A stretch of 64,000 bases of DNA from contig JYFJ02001931.1 in NCBI GenBank assembly GCA_000934665.2, forward strand, positions 1 to 64,000. Reading direction: 5' to 3'. Shown here one piece after another: positions 1 through 13,007 of the stretch. Position numbers and translations under genes: made by a program. The notes under the pieces are model-generated. The model saw only the letters and a program-made list of their open reading frames with translations, was not told where the DNA came from and made no database searches. The stretch's first letter is position 1. Each line of letters begins with the position of its first letter. Origin of the DNA: Catajapyx aquilonaris (Eukaryota).

Positions 1-103
1 GGGGGGGGGTTATTAATACAGAATAGTTTCTCCCATGCCCCCCCCAAATAGAAATACGTTCCGCCGCCGTTGATCGAGTGCGCCGAAACCTTGGCCGAAA
101 CGC

Positions 104-1135
104 TGCTAGACCATCTCCGATTTTGGTGAAAAAAATCACAGCTGTAGTACACACCTATGCCATAGCGCTGCATGTCACGTTTCAGTCATATTGCGCGATA
201 CTGTGGGGGAGGGAAGAAATTGTAAAAAGTTGAAAAATGCTGAAAATGAGGCCTTTTTGGATAAATTTTCGGTTAGTGGAAGTGATCAAAACCTAATGAA
301 CATATATATCAAATGAAAGAGAATCACGAGGATAATGCGGCCATGTAATTTGATTTCCTCAACAATGTAACCAGGAAATTGTGTGTGGCATTTCATCGGT
401 CACATGTCCAAGAATTAATTGGATCCTTGAAAATGAATGGAATATCTGTAAAACATACCTATTATTTTCTCGTGAGTGCATGACCCAGGCTTCAAACTGC
501 TGACCATATTAAACTTTGTGTGGGTCACAACTCCTGCCACCAAATATGAATGCTGTTAAGCAATACATCACTAATTGTTGGGGTCTAATTTCTTGGACAT
601 GATTGTGACTGAGCATGTGACCGATCGAATGGCACGCACATTGTTCTGGTTACATTTGACTTATTTGAGAGAAAAGCTTACTCCATAGGCGCATTCTCGT
701 GATTCCCTTTCATTTCATATACTGTATATGTGAATTGAATTTTGACAAGAGCTAATAATTTGACCACTCCCAATGACCGGAAAATATTCCAAGAGAGGCT
801 TCATTTCAGTTCAGCCTTTTAAAAATTTTCGTGATTTTTTCCCTGCCCACGGTATTGCAGCATTTGGTTGAAATTTGATATGCAGCCTTATGGCATGTAT
901 TGTATGTGTGTAGCTGTGATTTTTTGACCAAAATGTGAGCTGTTCTAGCAACATCTTTTCCCACATGATTTGAAATGACCCCTATATTTTGAGTGATTTA
1001 GTTGTTTGACTGTCCCAAGGTCAAAAACATATCTGTTACCAAATGAATGGTCATTATGATGAGTTAAGAGTGACCTAAGGGACATGGAAATAGCGATCAA
1101 ATTTCATGGACAGAAAAAAATTTGATTTTTGTTGT
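104..1135. mobile_element. ~1.2-kb foldback/MITE family D, copy 1
   Basis: Long internal inverted arms (~104-430 vs ~590-950). Homologous to 19030-19697, 46875-48457 and a fragment near 38625-38700 (shared gtgacctaagg.acatggaaatagcgat..aatttcc). Confidence 0.7.
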
Positions 1136-1277
1136 GGTATTATGATTGTGTTGTTATTATTTATAACAATAACTAGTATCACCTGTGTCATGCTAATTCA
1201 TGCTAATAATATTCTCCTTGTACTATATATCGAGCGACTGGAAAGCTACTGTAATACTAATAAAATAAACTAGTAAC

Positions 1278-1281
<4 letters not shown>

Positions 1282-1356
<75 letters not shown>
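1282..1356. repeat. (AAT)n microsatellite
   Basis: About 25 perfect units. Confidence 0.97.
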
Positions 1357-1357
<1 letters not shown>

Positions 1358-2653
1358 TAAGGTCTGCGCGCAATATCGTGAAGAGTCTATGCAGACAAAA
1401 AAATTTGAAATATTACATTGTCTACTATGAAAAGACATGACAGTCCGTTGCCAAGCTACACGACGGTTTACGTTTACCGCACATTTGGCACCAAATGTGT
1501 CTTTTGGAGGTCACGCAAGGGCACATAATAACAATGCTCTTTTGTCACATCTTCAAAATTAATCAATATTATGACTGAGGCAAAATGTGAAAGTTCCAAT
1601 TCCGTTATTGTATTTTTGCATGATACATGCTGCTGTGTCAGCAGGTGCAGGAATATCACGGAATAATCGAGGAATGAAAGTTATGTATTCCTGTAGCGTG
1701 ACAGTGGACCCTAGGAAGTGACAGAATTATTCCCTACTTTCGAATGGATCTAAGTTTCTGTTTTCAAGAATCTGAGGTGAGTTACAAAATCCTTTTAACA
1801 GCTACCTTTATCCAAGCGATAATTTGGCTAGCCTATTGGCCTTGCATTACAGTTGAAGTGTCATTTTAATATTCAAGATAAATCTGAACATAGCACCTTT
1901 TGTTGGACATGACATTTTTTTACACAAATACAAAGTAATTAACATAAACCAAAACCCCAATTAGCCCTAGGTCATAAATGGTTGGAGATTGAATGGATAT
2001 ACGTAGATGATTTGCTTCATTCATGGTAAGTGTTATTATTTTATGGGCTGAAAATAATGACAGTAGTTCCTTCCCAGGCATATCCAAATGTGGCGGTGCA
2101 TCTGTGTGGACTGCTAGCTGTACTGGTTTCATGAGATTGATTTGATTTGTTACTAAACTCTAGTGTAGTGGGTAACACGCATTTAAAGATATCAGAAGTT
2201 TAAAGTCGAGTTGCCGCAGTGGCTGCAAAATCTAGGATATCAATCGATCTCCTAAAGTCTAAACATCATACTGCTGGGCTGTCAGGCTGTTTAGACTTAA
2301 AAGAATTTGTTTAAGGGGGACCGCCCCGGTCCCCCTTAAACAAATTTTTTAAAGTCTAAACATACTGTGTAATGGACCAGTCACGATGACACTGGACTCA
2401 ATATAAAAAGCTTGTGCGTGAAAAACCTTTTGGTCACTCTTCTGGTTTCATGCTGTGAGACCATTTATTTTTTTAAATAATATTTTCTAAAAATACACGC
2501 ATTGTGGCACCAGCAGAAGTAATGTTAAGTGCTTACACAGTACATTTCCGTCATTAGAAGCTTGGGTATTATTTATTCATTTGCATATCATATTCTTACT
2601 TTTTTTCACTAAAGATATATGTCATTTTCATTTAGTTAGGTAATTGTGGTAAG

Positions 2654-5600
2654 ATGAAATACGACGAGGAATATGCGAGGCGATTGGTGAGGAGCATATA
2701 TTTTAATGATGGTGTCAAGAGAAGTTCAACGTTGCAGTCGGACTTCTGGGAGAGGGAACTGGGCATTTCACGACTCAATCAAGTAAAACTTGCAAATGCG
2801 ATGCAGCATAACAATGCCACCCGAAAGAAGCAGTCATGGGTCAATTTTGTTCGTAATGTTTTCAAAAGTTTTTGTGATAATACATCGATGCACGGGTTCA
2901 AGTACATCACCGCAGACTCTACATGTATCCTTGAAAGGTATAATGGCATATTATGTTACTATTCTCTGTCATTCTTAATGTCCATATTGTTTGCTTAAAC
3001 CTGTTTCAGACTGCTATGGTTCGTTATCTGCTGCGGTGCGGTAATTCTTACCTGTACTTTCTTAAAGCCAATTTTTACGAAATACTTTGCGCGTGAAATT
3101 ATAACAACCATCAGATCAACTGATGTCCCAATATGGGAAGTGGAATTTCCTGCAGTCACCATATGTAACGTAAACAAAGCGTCTAAGAGTTTGATTGAAG
3201 AAGCTGCCAAAAAATCTCCGTAAGTTATACTTAATTGATGATTATTAAAATACTGCATATGAATCCACGAATAGAATGCCCCGATTTTTTGTTAGCATCA
3301 TTATGAAGATGTTATTGTGCTAATTTTCTTATACTTATCAATGATTTGTGATTTGAATGTTGGGGCATTTGGGAATATTCTGATGGTTAGATTTTTAGTC
3401 AGCTGCCACGGTTGACCCCGCCGGAAATGACGGTGATGGAGTCGTTATAGTGCCACAGCCTCTGAGGTCCCTAGTTCGATCCCCGGGAAGAAGAAAGAAG
3501 GATTTTCACATGTGGAAAGAGTTTCCATGGGTTCTTTCCGTGCTCGCATGGTTTTCTAGGGGTTCTCACCCTTTTACTCACTGTCAGAAGATCACCTCCC
3601 CCTAGGTATCCTTCTCTCCCCGAGCCACAGTTATATCAGCTCCCCTAATAAACCAACCCGCAGTGGCCAACACATATACGAGTATGATTGTATAAAAGAT
3701 AGCAAGTGGTAACATGTGAAACTTCATGCGCATCGAATAGCTATTTTATTACTTCTTCCTTCTTATGGCTACCTATTCATCTTTTCCATGCCAACAATGT
3801 GCAAAAGAAAAGGGGCCGTATGCAGCCTCCACGTTTGTTTTCGTGTACTAATAGTGAAGTACACAATTATTATTACAAGTTTTACAGGCATGGCTGAGAA
3901 TCAAGGGGGTTACATGACTGTGTGGCATAGAAATCAATTCAATACAATATCAATACAAAATCAGATAAAAAGCGAAATATCTCCCCTTCATACTCACTTC
4001 AACCTATACAGGGTGTATCTGAACTCAGTGCCCCGACGTATATGACTTCCTTCCTAGCCACCAGAGGATCAACTTATGTAGAGGAGTCATTATGTCTGGG
4101 CAGCCTCATTACTGAGATACACTCTTTAGCGATTTTTTGCCTAATCGCTCCTTCTGACTTCTAAATAGAATTTTCGGGTGTAACTAGCCAAAGAGGCCTT
4201 ACCACCTGTGGGCAACAAACCAACAAAGTCCGGCCCCCAGACCTTCCAGGGCCTTCTGACTGGGGGAGGGTTCGATGGGTGGCCTAACCGACAGGATATT
4301 TTGTACTACATGTTTGCGGCCAATTATCTCAGTAATGCGGCGGCCAGACATAATGACTCCTATACTTAAATGGATCCTCTGGTGGCTAGGAAGGCAGTCA
4401 TATACGTCGGGTCACTGAGTTCAGATACACCCTGTGTTGCTTCTCATCGAGATTATGATTACTTATTCCCAGTAAGTTGGAGGGGGAGACAGGCGATTTT
4501 TTGCAATTCATTGCCGCATTTTAGCACATGATCGCATCATAGTACGAGTCGGAAAGTAAGTTTCGCGATGCTACAGTTTCGACGCCATGCGACGAACCGG
4601 GTAAAGACAAGCATGGGCAGAGACGTTGCAACGTCTCTGCCCATGCTTGTCTTTACCCGGTCCGTCGCATGGCGTCGAAACTGTAGCATCGCGAAACTTA
4701 CTTTCTGACTGCCCCTCGTATATACTCAAATACGGAAATGATAGAAAATTGGCAATTATTAGGATCTCAAATTGTACAATAATGTTTATATTAAGAATTA
4801 TTGGTTTCCCATTGCATTGCCCCATTTTAAGGGTTTCCAGATTGTGCATTGTGGGTTGCAAAATCATTTATTTTAAGCAACATTACTTTTCGTGAACAAT
4901 AAGCATACGGTATCAAAGATTGAACATTTTCTATCATTGCCAGACAAATTATGTAGAAGCTGCTAGCAATCTATTTTGGGGTTTAAGTATACTGGATACG
5001 CTTAGTGTGGACTGATTATGGATGCCAAACAATCTATTTCTTGCATTTTGGGATGTGGTTGACATTGTTCTGGGCCATAACAACTAATGATTTTAAAATG
5101 ATCCTGACGCTTTAACTAGCCGTTTGTGAGATATAAAAAATTAATTTTCAAATCCTTCTCAGTTGGATATCTAAGTGGGCAAAAAAAACTGACATTGGCT
5201 TATAATATGATTAGGAACATCCTCTCTCAAAATTATTGCGATTGAAGCCAAGAACGATCCTGGAAGGGATCTATCCTGTGACCGATCCGGTGGTCGGACT
5301 GTGGACCTCAGAAGTGGACGACTGTGGCAATAACCACTACGCCACCGTGCATACCTGTCTTTATATACACAATATTCCTTTATCCGGCAGATGGAGCAAT
5401 TACAGCTTAGACACAGTGAGAGAAGTGATAGACTTCATGGCACTCTTTGGTCAAATTCCTGTAGATGAACCGCATCCTCCAACGCCTAAAGTCATAGCGT
5501 GTGCGGATGAACAAAACCAATACATTGACTCTTTGATGCAGCAGGTAATGGGATGTCTAACTAATGTGCATGGAATAATTCAGCATGCCCCTGACTATAT

Positions 5601-8600
5601 GTGGTTGGCGTGTCCCTTGTTTTCAGGTTATTCAGCCTTTAGAGCGCATGATCATAAAGTGTTGGTGGGTTGGGACTCAAGTGAACTGCTCAGAACATTT
5701 TCAGCTAATAAGAACAGACGAAGGATACTGCTGGAGTTTCAATTCCGCAAAGATGAAGATAGACAAAGAGTAAGTATTAAAGTAGACACAAAAACATAAT
5801 AATTATGCTTGATGGACATCTTGAAAGAGCCCTCACCAAATATTTGGTTTAGACCCACTGGCTCTGAAGAAGACAGCAATCAAATATACCATGACCACCA
5901 TAGTGCTCTGCATCAGGCGGAATATGGCCTACGGATAATTACTCTACCTGATTCCGATGGATCAGAAGAAAATGAGAAAGGCAACCTTGATATGAAAACG
6001 GCTGCAGCTCAACACAGTGCGGAAGCTGATAATGAAGAAGTTGAGACAGAGAGTCCACCGAAAGTAGTGAGCGGAACAGGATCCAATATGGGCCTAACCG
6101 TATTGCTCAATCCGGAAATACATGAGTACAAGTGCAATACAAACAACGTCTATGGTTTCAAGGTACAGTAATAAATTTAAACTGTTACCCATACAGTTAG
6201 AAATGATTAAATGAGTTTTTATATAATGACGATTAAAATCGCAGGTGTTAGTTCATGATCCCGAAGGATTCCCTAGTGTCGCAATTAAGGCGTTTCTAGT
6301 AAACGCCGGACAAGAAATTTATGTTCCAGTGACGCCAACGAAGGTTAACAGCACGGAGGACATTGAAAACATTCCAAAGGATCAACGAAATTGCCGTTTT
6401 GACTCAGAAATGAGTCTCAGATTTCACGACACATACACGTTTGGAAACTGTTTTCTGGACTGTCAAGTATTATCAATGAATAAAACCTGTGGATGTGTAC
6501 CATACGTGTACTCAGAACTCCGTAAGTATAAAAGAAAATAGTAAATTATGGTCTTATGCCATGTAGGCTAGTCATCGGAATGGCAAAACCAGAGTAAGAA
6601 AATATTATGAATTCTCACCATGTGCACTGTGCAGTATGGTATACGCCCTATACGATACCAGGAAAAAAAAAAGAATGGGAACAGTAATCACTGCCATTCC
6701 CATTCAAGAGTAACCTAAAATCTCGTTCATGGGAAGGTCACGGCTCGTACAGCAAGTTAGGAACTGGAACTCACCTGAACATTATTTTTATACTACAACC
6801 AACGAGGGATGGAATTATGTAAATTCTTTTACCCCATTGGGAGAATTGGCACTCCATTAAGGGGGTGGAATACCACCATTGTACCACTAAGTTTTTCTGT
6901 AATTTTATTCACACACCGTGCAAGGGAGAAAGGGACATGGGGAAGGAATAGGGATTTTTGGGGAGGGGACACATGTGCAGGTGCAATGTCTCAAACTGGG
7001 CCATGTGCTGTTCCCCAGGAGGTTAGGTTGCCAGACACCTCCAAGGTGCAGGAAGGAGACCCTTCTGACGCAGGCGAAAGGGATCTCCCGGGCAGGGATC
7101 GAACCTGGGACCTTTCACTGAGCAAGCCGAGACGTTACCATCTCGGCCACCACACCTCCCCCAAAATTGTTAATATTAGCTACACTGGTGTCATTCCACG
7201 TTAGTTCGTACCAAGATTAGCATTGGGTATCTAAGTTATCGTTCAAACTTTTTAAATGGGACGCCTAATGTCTAATGCCTAATGCGGTGGGGAAGTGAGG
7301 CTAACCCTATAAGTTTACTACCTTTTTAAAATAAAAAAATATGAACATTCGATGTTCACTGCCTTTACCAGGACTACATCACACACAGTATCATTAGAGC
7401 TGAAAAATAACTGGATTCACAGAGTATAGGCCTACTGTCTTGTTGGAGCTCCTTACCATATTCCGTTTCCATCACTACCGGTATACTTTCGACTCTGCAT
7501 TTATCGCCTACCATTCATGTACTGTACACACTGACTTATTGTTAGGTGCACTGACAAACAAATACATTGTTTGATGGTTTTGCTTTTTATATTGCCAAGT
7601 CTCGCCATTATGTCAGATCTTTATTCGTTATTTTGTAAGTTTCACACAACTTGCATGTACTCTCTAGATCGAGACTGTAGGTCATTCACTGGTACAATAC
7701 TAGGACCGAAGCAGGTTGGCATAGTGGATAAGGCGTCCGACTGCTAATCGGGAGGTCCTGGGTTCGAATCCCGGGGCCGGCAACCTTGACTGTGGTATTC
7801 TGTGGTTTTCCACGGTCATTCTAGGATAATTCCGGGGTTGCTTCCGTATAATAGGCCACAGCCGAGCGCTTCCTTCCTTCCCTATCCTTGGAGGTTGAAA
7901 GGCAATGCTGGGCCAACCTCCTTAAATATATCAGTTATAAAGGTACAATACTAGGAAACTCAATGTTTTTATTCTTTATCACATCAGGCGGCGTGCAAGC
8001 GTGTGACTTCAATGGGATGAGCTGTGTCAATAACAATACAGGTTGGAGCACAGTGAATAATAAATTATGTTCAACTTCTTATTTGAGTGCAAGTTGAATC
8101 TAAATCCCTTGATATTTTTTAAAGCGAAGTTTGCGTCACTATTACCTGATGACGACCCAGAATGGACTGAATTCGAGAATTCTTCAGAGTCAATGGAAAA
8201 CTGCCATTGCCCTCTGAATTGCGAAGAGATTACTTACATTCCAGAAGTAACTACCGCTGCATTTCCCAAGCGTCCGGAATACTTACCCATGGATTGGAAT
8301 GCCACAAGGTACGTATAAAACGATATGTCACCAGTTTTGTGTCGGAACTCCTGTTTTTGAGATTTTTAATTTTTCAGAGAAAAGCTCTCACTTCTGAGGG
8401 TATATTTTAAAAGTTTTGGCTGCGTCGAGTACAGGAATGATCTTGTGTATTCGTCTTCGGATCTTATAGGTAAGATAACAAATATAATAATTGTAGAATT
8501 TCATGGGGCTTAGAGCTGATTTGAAGACCTGATATGCAGAACGATCAGATTATTTAGGAGAGGGGTTTTTAGCCTTTTCTATGTCCCGCACCCCTAGAGG

Positions 8601-10542
8601 AAATGTTCGATTAATGTTCGCATATGCACCCCTTACAAAAGTAACGTCAGATACAGAAGTACCGGTACATTGTTTAATTTTTGAACTACAACATGCAAAG
8701 AGAACCTCATGGTGAGGAACAAGTCAAAGTTCATGTTCAAATTACGTTGTCTGGCCCTTCAGGAACTATTATAAGTGCTTTCGGCGAGATTTTTGGTTCA
8801 TAGAAGTTTCTTGGGATGCGGAATACAACATTTTGTAAGGCCAGAAATCGCGATTTTTTTAAAAAATTTACCCCGTGATGACCTGTTAGGTCTATAGGGG
8901 TGGGGGTGGATTACCACCATTGGTATTTGTTTTTGGAGCCATTTAAGAAGATCTTAATTAATTACTCCAGGGTAGGTAGGAGGGGATGTGAAAAGTGCAT
9001 GTGCGCTGTCGTTAATTGGTCATTTTGTGAACTCCCCCGGGTGGATTAGTCTTTAGGAAATTTCCACCCGAAATGAAGCCAGAGACGGCCCAACTCTTCA
9101 CGGATAAGGGTGGGAACCCCGGGTGGGGATTGAACCGGGGACCTTCATATCCGTGGGCGCACGCGTTACCGCGACGCCACTTCATCTCCCTCAGAAATTG
9201 TGAATTATGCCAGTTAGTTACCACCCTGTCAGAGTGTCAGTTACATTTATTGTTTATTCCACAAGCTTCTATAGGGTCCGCACCCCCTGAAACTTCATCT
9301 CGCACCTCAGGTTAAGAACCCCTGATCTAGGAGAAGACCATCAGAAGCAGTTACGCGACGAGAACTATCCTACTTAATAGAGGAAGTACGGTACTCGTTT
9401 TATGCCGTTAATTGGATTCCAGAAAAACGCGGCGTAAAGTGAAAAGGTGTAAAACGAGACAAAATTATAATGTAAGTAAATGAGATAATTAGGTTCCAAA
9501 ATTTCCCCACAGACAGTACTTAAATTGCTGTTTTTAATGCCGAATATTTGAAACATTGACTAATGGGAGGTTCCAGGTTGAGGGTCATCGGGTTCTGAGG
9601 GCTTGTAAGATGTGGGCTCCGTTCCTTATTTTGGCAAGAACAGTAGGGTACACTTTGGGTATTTAACAACGGTTAGAGTAGGCTACTTCGAGGAGTGCCG
9701 AGAGCTTGGCCGAGACCAACAATACGGTATTGTATAATTATATCGATAGAACCTGCCACATGGCACCCGGAAAAACAAAAGAAGAGTATTTACGGTTGTG
9801 TGTTTGGTCTCAGAAGTGTTCCAGCAGTGATGTGTTTATGTTTAGATTTTTCAAAAAAATGCGATAAAAAATTTCGAATGTTATTTTTAAACCGGCGTTA
9901 ATGTGAAACGGCGTAAAACGGGTCCTTCCTGTACTTAATTAACTCTATTTTGACCAAAACAAGTTCTGTCTGATCGTCCTGAAAATAAAGAAGTATACCG
10001 TCGTAATACACGATGACATATTTATTTTAAAGCAACCCACATTCCATGGGTTATCTGGCGGGTATGTAAAGGTTGAACGTCCTCTAACCTTGGTTGTGCA
10101 ACAGGGTATTCCATGCCACAAACAGCCCCCCACAACTCCCACCCTAGCCTTATGGTGAAGGTAGCGTAGAGTTACTCAGGGCCATGATCTAATAATGTTT
10201 ATAAGTGAATGAAAAATAATGTTTGTTGTCGTGCGTGTCGTTACATCTTGGTGCCTCAATATTTCACACGCCTACATTTTTAACTAGTTGTGGATCAAGG
10301 GATCCAAATCGGCTAATACCTGCTACAGTAGTTGGAAACAGTCGAAACACCCTACACACCATTCAAATGCACAAACGCATCAGTTTGGAAGTAACAACTT
10401 TTTTATTACCTTTTCAGCTGCGTTTGGAGGGATCGTAAGCCTTGTAATCGGATTCAGCTTTGTCAGCGCAGCAGAGCTCCTTTATTTACTTACAATCAGA
10501 CCGATTCTTCATTTCCGCCGTTATATGAATCCACAACAATGA
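2654..10542 (+). CDS. Pickpocket-like DEG/ENaC sodium channel subunit, array gene 1 (~610 aa, 10 coding exons)
   Basis: GT-AG exons 2654-2937, 3010-3219, 5391-5544, 5627-5769, 5853-6162, 6245-6521, 7988-8041, 8125-8308, 8378-8469, 10418-10542 sum to 1833 nt with an open frame. Motifs: FCDNTSMHGFKYI (HG), TM1, VEFPAVTICN, TDEGYCWSFN, GSNMGLTVLLN, Cys-rich thumb (NCFLDCQ..CGCVPY..CHCPLNC), TM2 AAFGGIVSLVIGFSFVSAAELLY. Confidence 0.93.
3425..3670 (+). mobile_element. Possible degenerate tRNA-derived SINE
   Basis: B-box-like gttcgatccc at ~3475 followed by a GC-richer body resembling SINE cores; no TSD seen. Confidence 0.4.
4009..4434. mobile_element. Tc1/mariner-type MITE (CAGGGTG termini)
   Basis: TIR cagggtgtatctgaactcagtg.cccgacgtatatgact..cttcctagccaccagagga with its inverse at 4375-4434; TA on the left. 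Internal core is shared with 47025-47459 and 55061-55496. Confidence 0.8.
4543..4720. mobile_element. Loop-less palindromic mariner-type MITE
   Basis: Near-perfect ~170-bp palindrome centred on ttgcaa (4626-4631), with tacgag...cctcgta ends. Confidence 0.8.
6912..7162 (-). mobile_element. tRNA-derived SINE (family shared with 50660-50902)
   Basis: Minus strand reads ggggaggtgtggtggccgagatggtaacgtctcggcttgctcagtgaaaggtcccaggttcgatccc (A/B boxes); body matches the copy at 50660. Confidence 0.82.
7706..7941 (+). mobile_element. tRNA-derived SINE with ~15-bp TSD
   Basis: A-box tggcatagtgg and B-box ggttcgaatcc in a tRNA-like head, followed by a non-tRNA body. Flanked by ggtacaatactagga at 7691-7705 and 7942-7956. 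Confidence 0.85.
8880..9190 (-). mobile_element. tRNA-derived SINE (family shared with 36200-36515)
   Basis: Minus strand gtggcgtcgcggtaacgcg..ccccggttcaatcccc (A/B boxes); body homologous to 36200-36515. Confidence 0.72.
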
Positions 10543-10748
10543 TATCATACGATGTCTATTGTGTCAGTACCCTTGGCAGTTCGCTTCAAACGTTGCAGTA
10601 AGAAAGTGAAGGTTTTAATGAGCCCGCAAGTGGACTAAGAACGGCAATATGTATTTGGCCATGTAATTGAAGCAAAGTGAACCCTAGGCGATTTTGATAA
10701 AACTGTTTCAGAGAGGAAGCAAGATTTTATATACCGGTAAGGGTAAAT

Positions 10749-11014
10749 GAAGACCTCGGGAGAAAAACGATCTAGGTCCATAGGTATATCTCAGTCAGGT
10801 GAAACTGATCGAGATATTCGATATCCCATTTTAAATTTCGAAGGCCTATAAGGCTTCATTGTAAATCCCACTTTCCGGGCCTTCCATAGTGACCTATGAT
10901 CATTACGCCACAACCAAACCATCATGTATTCTATGCTAGTGTAACTATCTTCTGAGATATGTAACTCATTTTTGACAAAAAGTGGACCTTGATCGTTTTT
11001 CTACCGAGGTCTTC
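10749..11014. mobile_element. TIR MITE with 4-bp TSD AAAT (Sola-like)
   Basis: aaat|gaagacctcgggagaaaaacgatctaggtcca ... tggaccttgatcgtttttctaccgaggtcttc|aaat; ~200 bp downstream of the gene 1 stop codon. Confidence 0.75.
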
Positions 11015-12234
11015 AAATACAAATTCCTCTCTCCCATTGTTCCTTAGCTGTTAGCTGAGGTGAATGTAAGCAAGAGCTCTTGATGTATGAAAGTAAAATG
11101 CTATTTATTAATTTTTACATACCGCATTATATTGTTGTTATTTAAAAGTACAATAATTATTCCACGAAATTACAACTATAATTTCAATTGTTAAGTAAAC
11201 TATATTTAGTAAATGTTCTGTTGTACTGAAGAAATACTTTTTTCAACTACAGCTAAAAAATAATAAATCCAATGCCTCTGCTGTCGCCTCGCCACTGGGG
11301 TCCAGGCAGCTGCAAACACCTCATCGTACAGGTCTCGGTCCCTCTGGCGCACTCTGCCTTCGGGCTAGGCTCAATTTTATAGTGTACGAGGCGATTCAGG
11401 ACAATGCGACATGATCACTGCGCCATCACAGAAAGTGCGTTCCAGGAAGCCGCATTCCAACAATTGAAGAAAAATGTTAAAAACTGCCTATCGCCAGTAG
11501 AGGAAACTACTTTGAAGGGGACAGTGCTTAAAATGTTGCAAATTAAGCAATAGAGCGTGTATAGAAAAAGTTCGGTCTTTTTTTGAACAGCCCTCGTATG
11601 ACTCCAACGAGTCTGAACCCAAATCTGTACCGCACTGTATTATGTGTTGAGAGCCATTAAAGAGGCACATAACTGATTTTGGGAGTACCTTCCACTGAAC
11701 AACTCACCACCCTGCCTGATGCTGCAGAAGACAATTATTTATCAGGTGCCACAGTCTGGGTTCACATTTCCGAACAATGTAGAGTTGGTACCCCATTCTA
11801 TAGGCTACAGCCAGTGTAAGGAGAATTTTGTTGGCCAGGTGGGCAAAATCCAAACATGTCATTTTGCTTTGTTCTCTCTTCGGAAGTGTTCGGGCAGGCT
11901 CGAGTATGACGTTCGGCAAAGACCCATAAATTGCCATGACATTCTTGGAGAAAAGTATTGGTGAGGCCCATCTTATACATCAATTTTCATTTTCTATTCC
12001 CCTTATTAGAATTCGCTAATTTCCTTAATTAAGTACTCAAAATGGATTACCCTATCAGCTAAAATCACCTACATAAATCACATAGAGACACAATCAAACG
12101 CACGGTAATGACCCCCATACTCCATTACCGTTATGTGAAATTATCAATATTATTATTCCGTAACCGTAAGTGCCAATTTTTCGAAAATTATACTGACCAT
12201 CTTGTCTACCGATGTAACGAAAGTCAGCTGACTT

Positions 12235-12633
12235 GGGAAACTTCTAATTCAAGACTTCGCACATTGAGAGGCGGGACAAATGAAACTTTCCTACAGCAGG
12301 TTTGTTTCACGGGTGAAGCTACTTTTTATTTGCATCATCAAGAACAATGTGTGTGGCGTAAAGACCCATCATCTCCAGCACCTACGGGATATGATCGCAA
12401 CGGTAACTCCATCAGATATGATTGAGCGGGTTTGGCTCGAGCCCGAATACCGTCTTTTTTATTTTCTGAGCAACAAATGAAGCTCATGTCGAAACAAACT
12501 AACTGTAAGATAAGACAAAAACTTTCGACCTTTCTTAGCATTTCAAAATTTAAATCATTTAGATAACTTATGTCTACAAGTTTTCGAGTTATAGGAGTTT
12601 AAAATTGGGACATTATTTTTCGATGACCCTGTA
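12235..12633 (+). mobile_element. Tc1/mariner-derived non-autonomous remnant (family shared with 53820-54205)
   Basis: Reverse-complement homolog of 53820-54205 (ctccagcacctacgggata.gatcgcaacggtaactcc; gagcaacaaatgaagctcat); ends gaccctg|ta. Confidence 0.7.
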
Positions 12634-13007
12634 TAATAATATTCATGTGGAAAATGCAATCCGGTAATTACGACGTCCTTATCAGTGGTTTCACAATGTG
12701 TCCATTAATGATTTCATGGTCAGAGATATTTTGAAAAATAATGTAGTGTCTGCCATCACGTGACAACTGAATACTATGACCACCAACATTCTGAATGCCA
12801 TTCCTTTGTTATATTCCGCGAACTGGGATGGATTGTCACGAAAGCTTCGCGCAGGCCTTTCAATTTTATATGGCACGCGCGTGGACACCCGATTGTGATA
12901 GAAATGACCAAAGGACGTCAAGGCTTCGACCCACCAGGTATTTTGTTTTATAACCCCGAACATAATATCACGTAGTTGAAAAGCACTGCAAAGTATCACC
13001 AGTAGTT

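Noticed and set aside
5236..5799. 187-aa ORF as a standalone gene
   Set aside because: Read-through of intron sequence around exons 3-4 of gene 1; only 5391-5544 is in the coding frame.
7712..7790. tRNA gene
   Set aside because: The tRNA-like head continues into a non-tRNA body and is flanked by a TSD, so it is a SINE. The tRNA-like heads near 7160, 9180, 36510 and 50660 likewise run into shared non-tRNA bodies present in two copies each.
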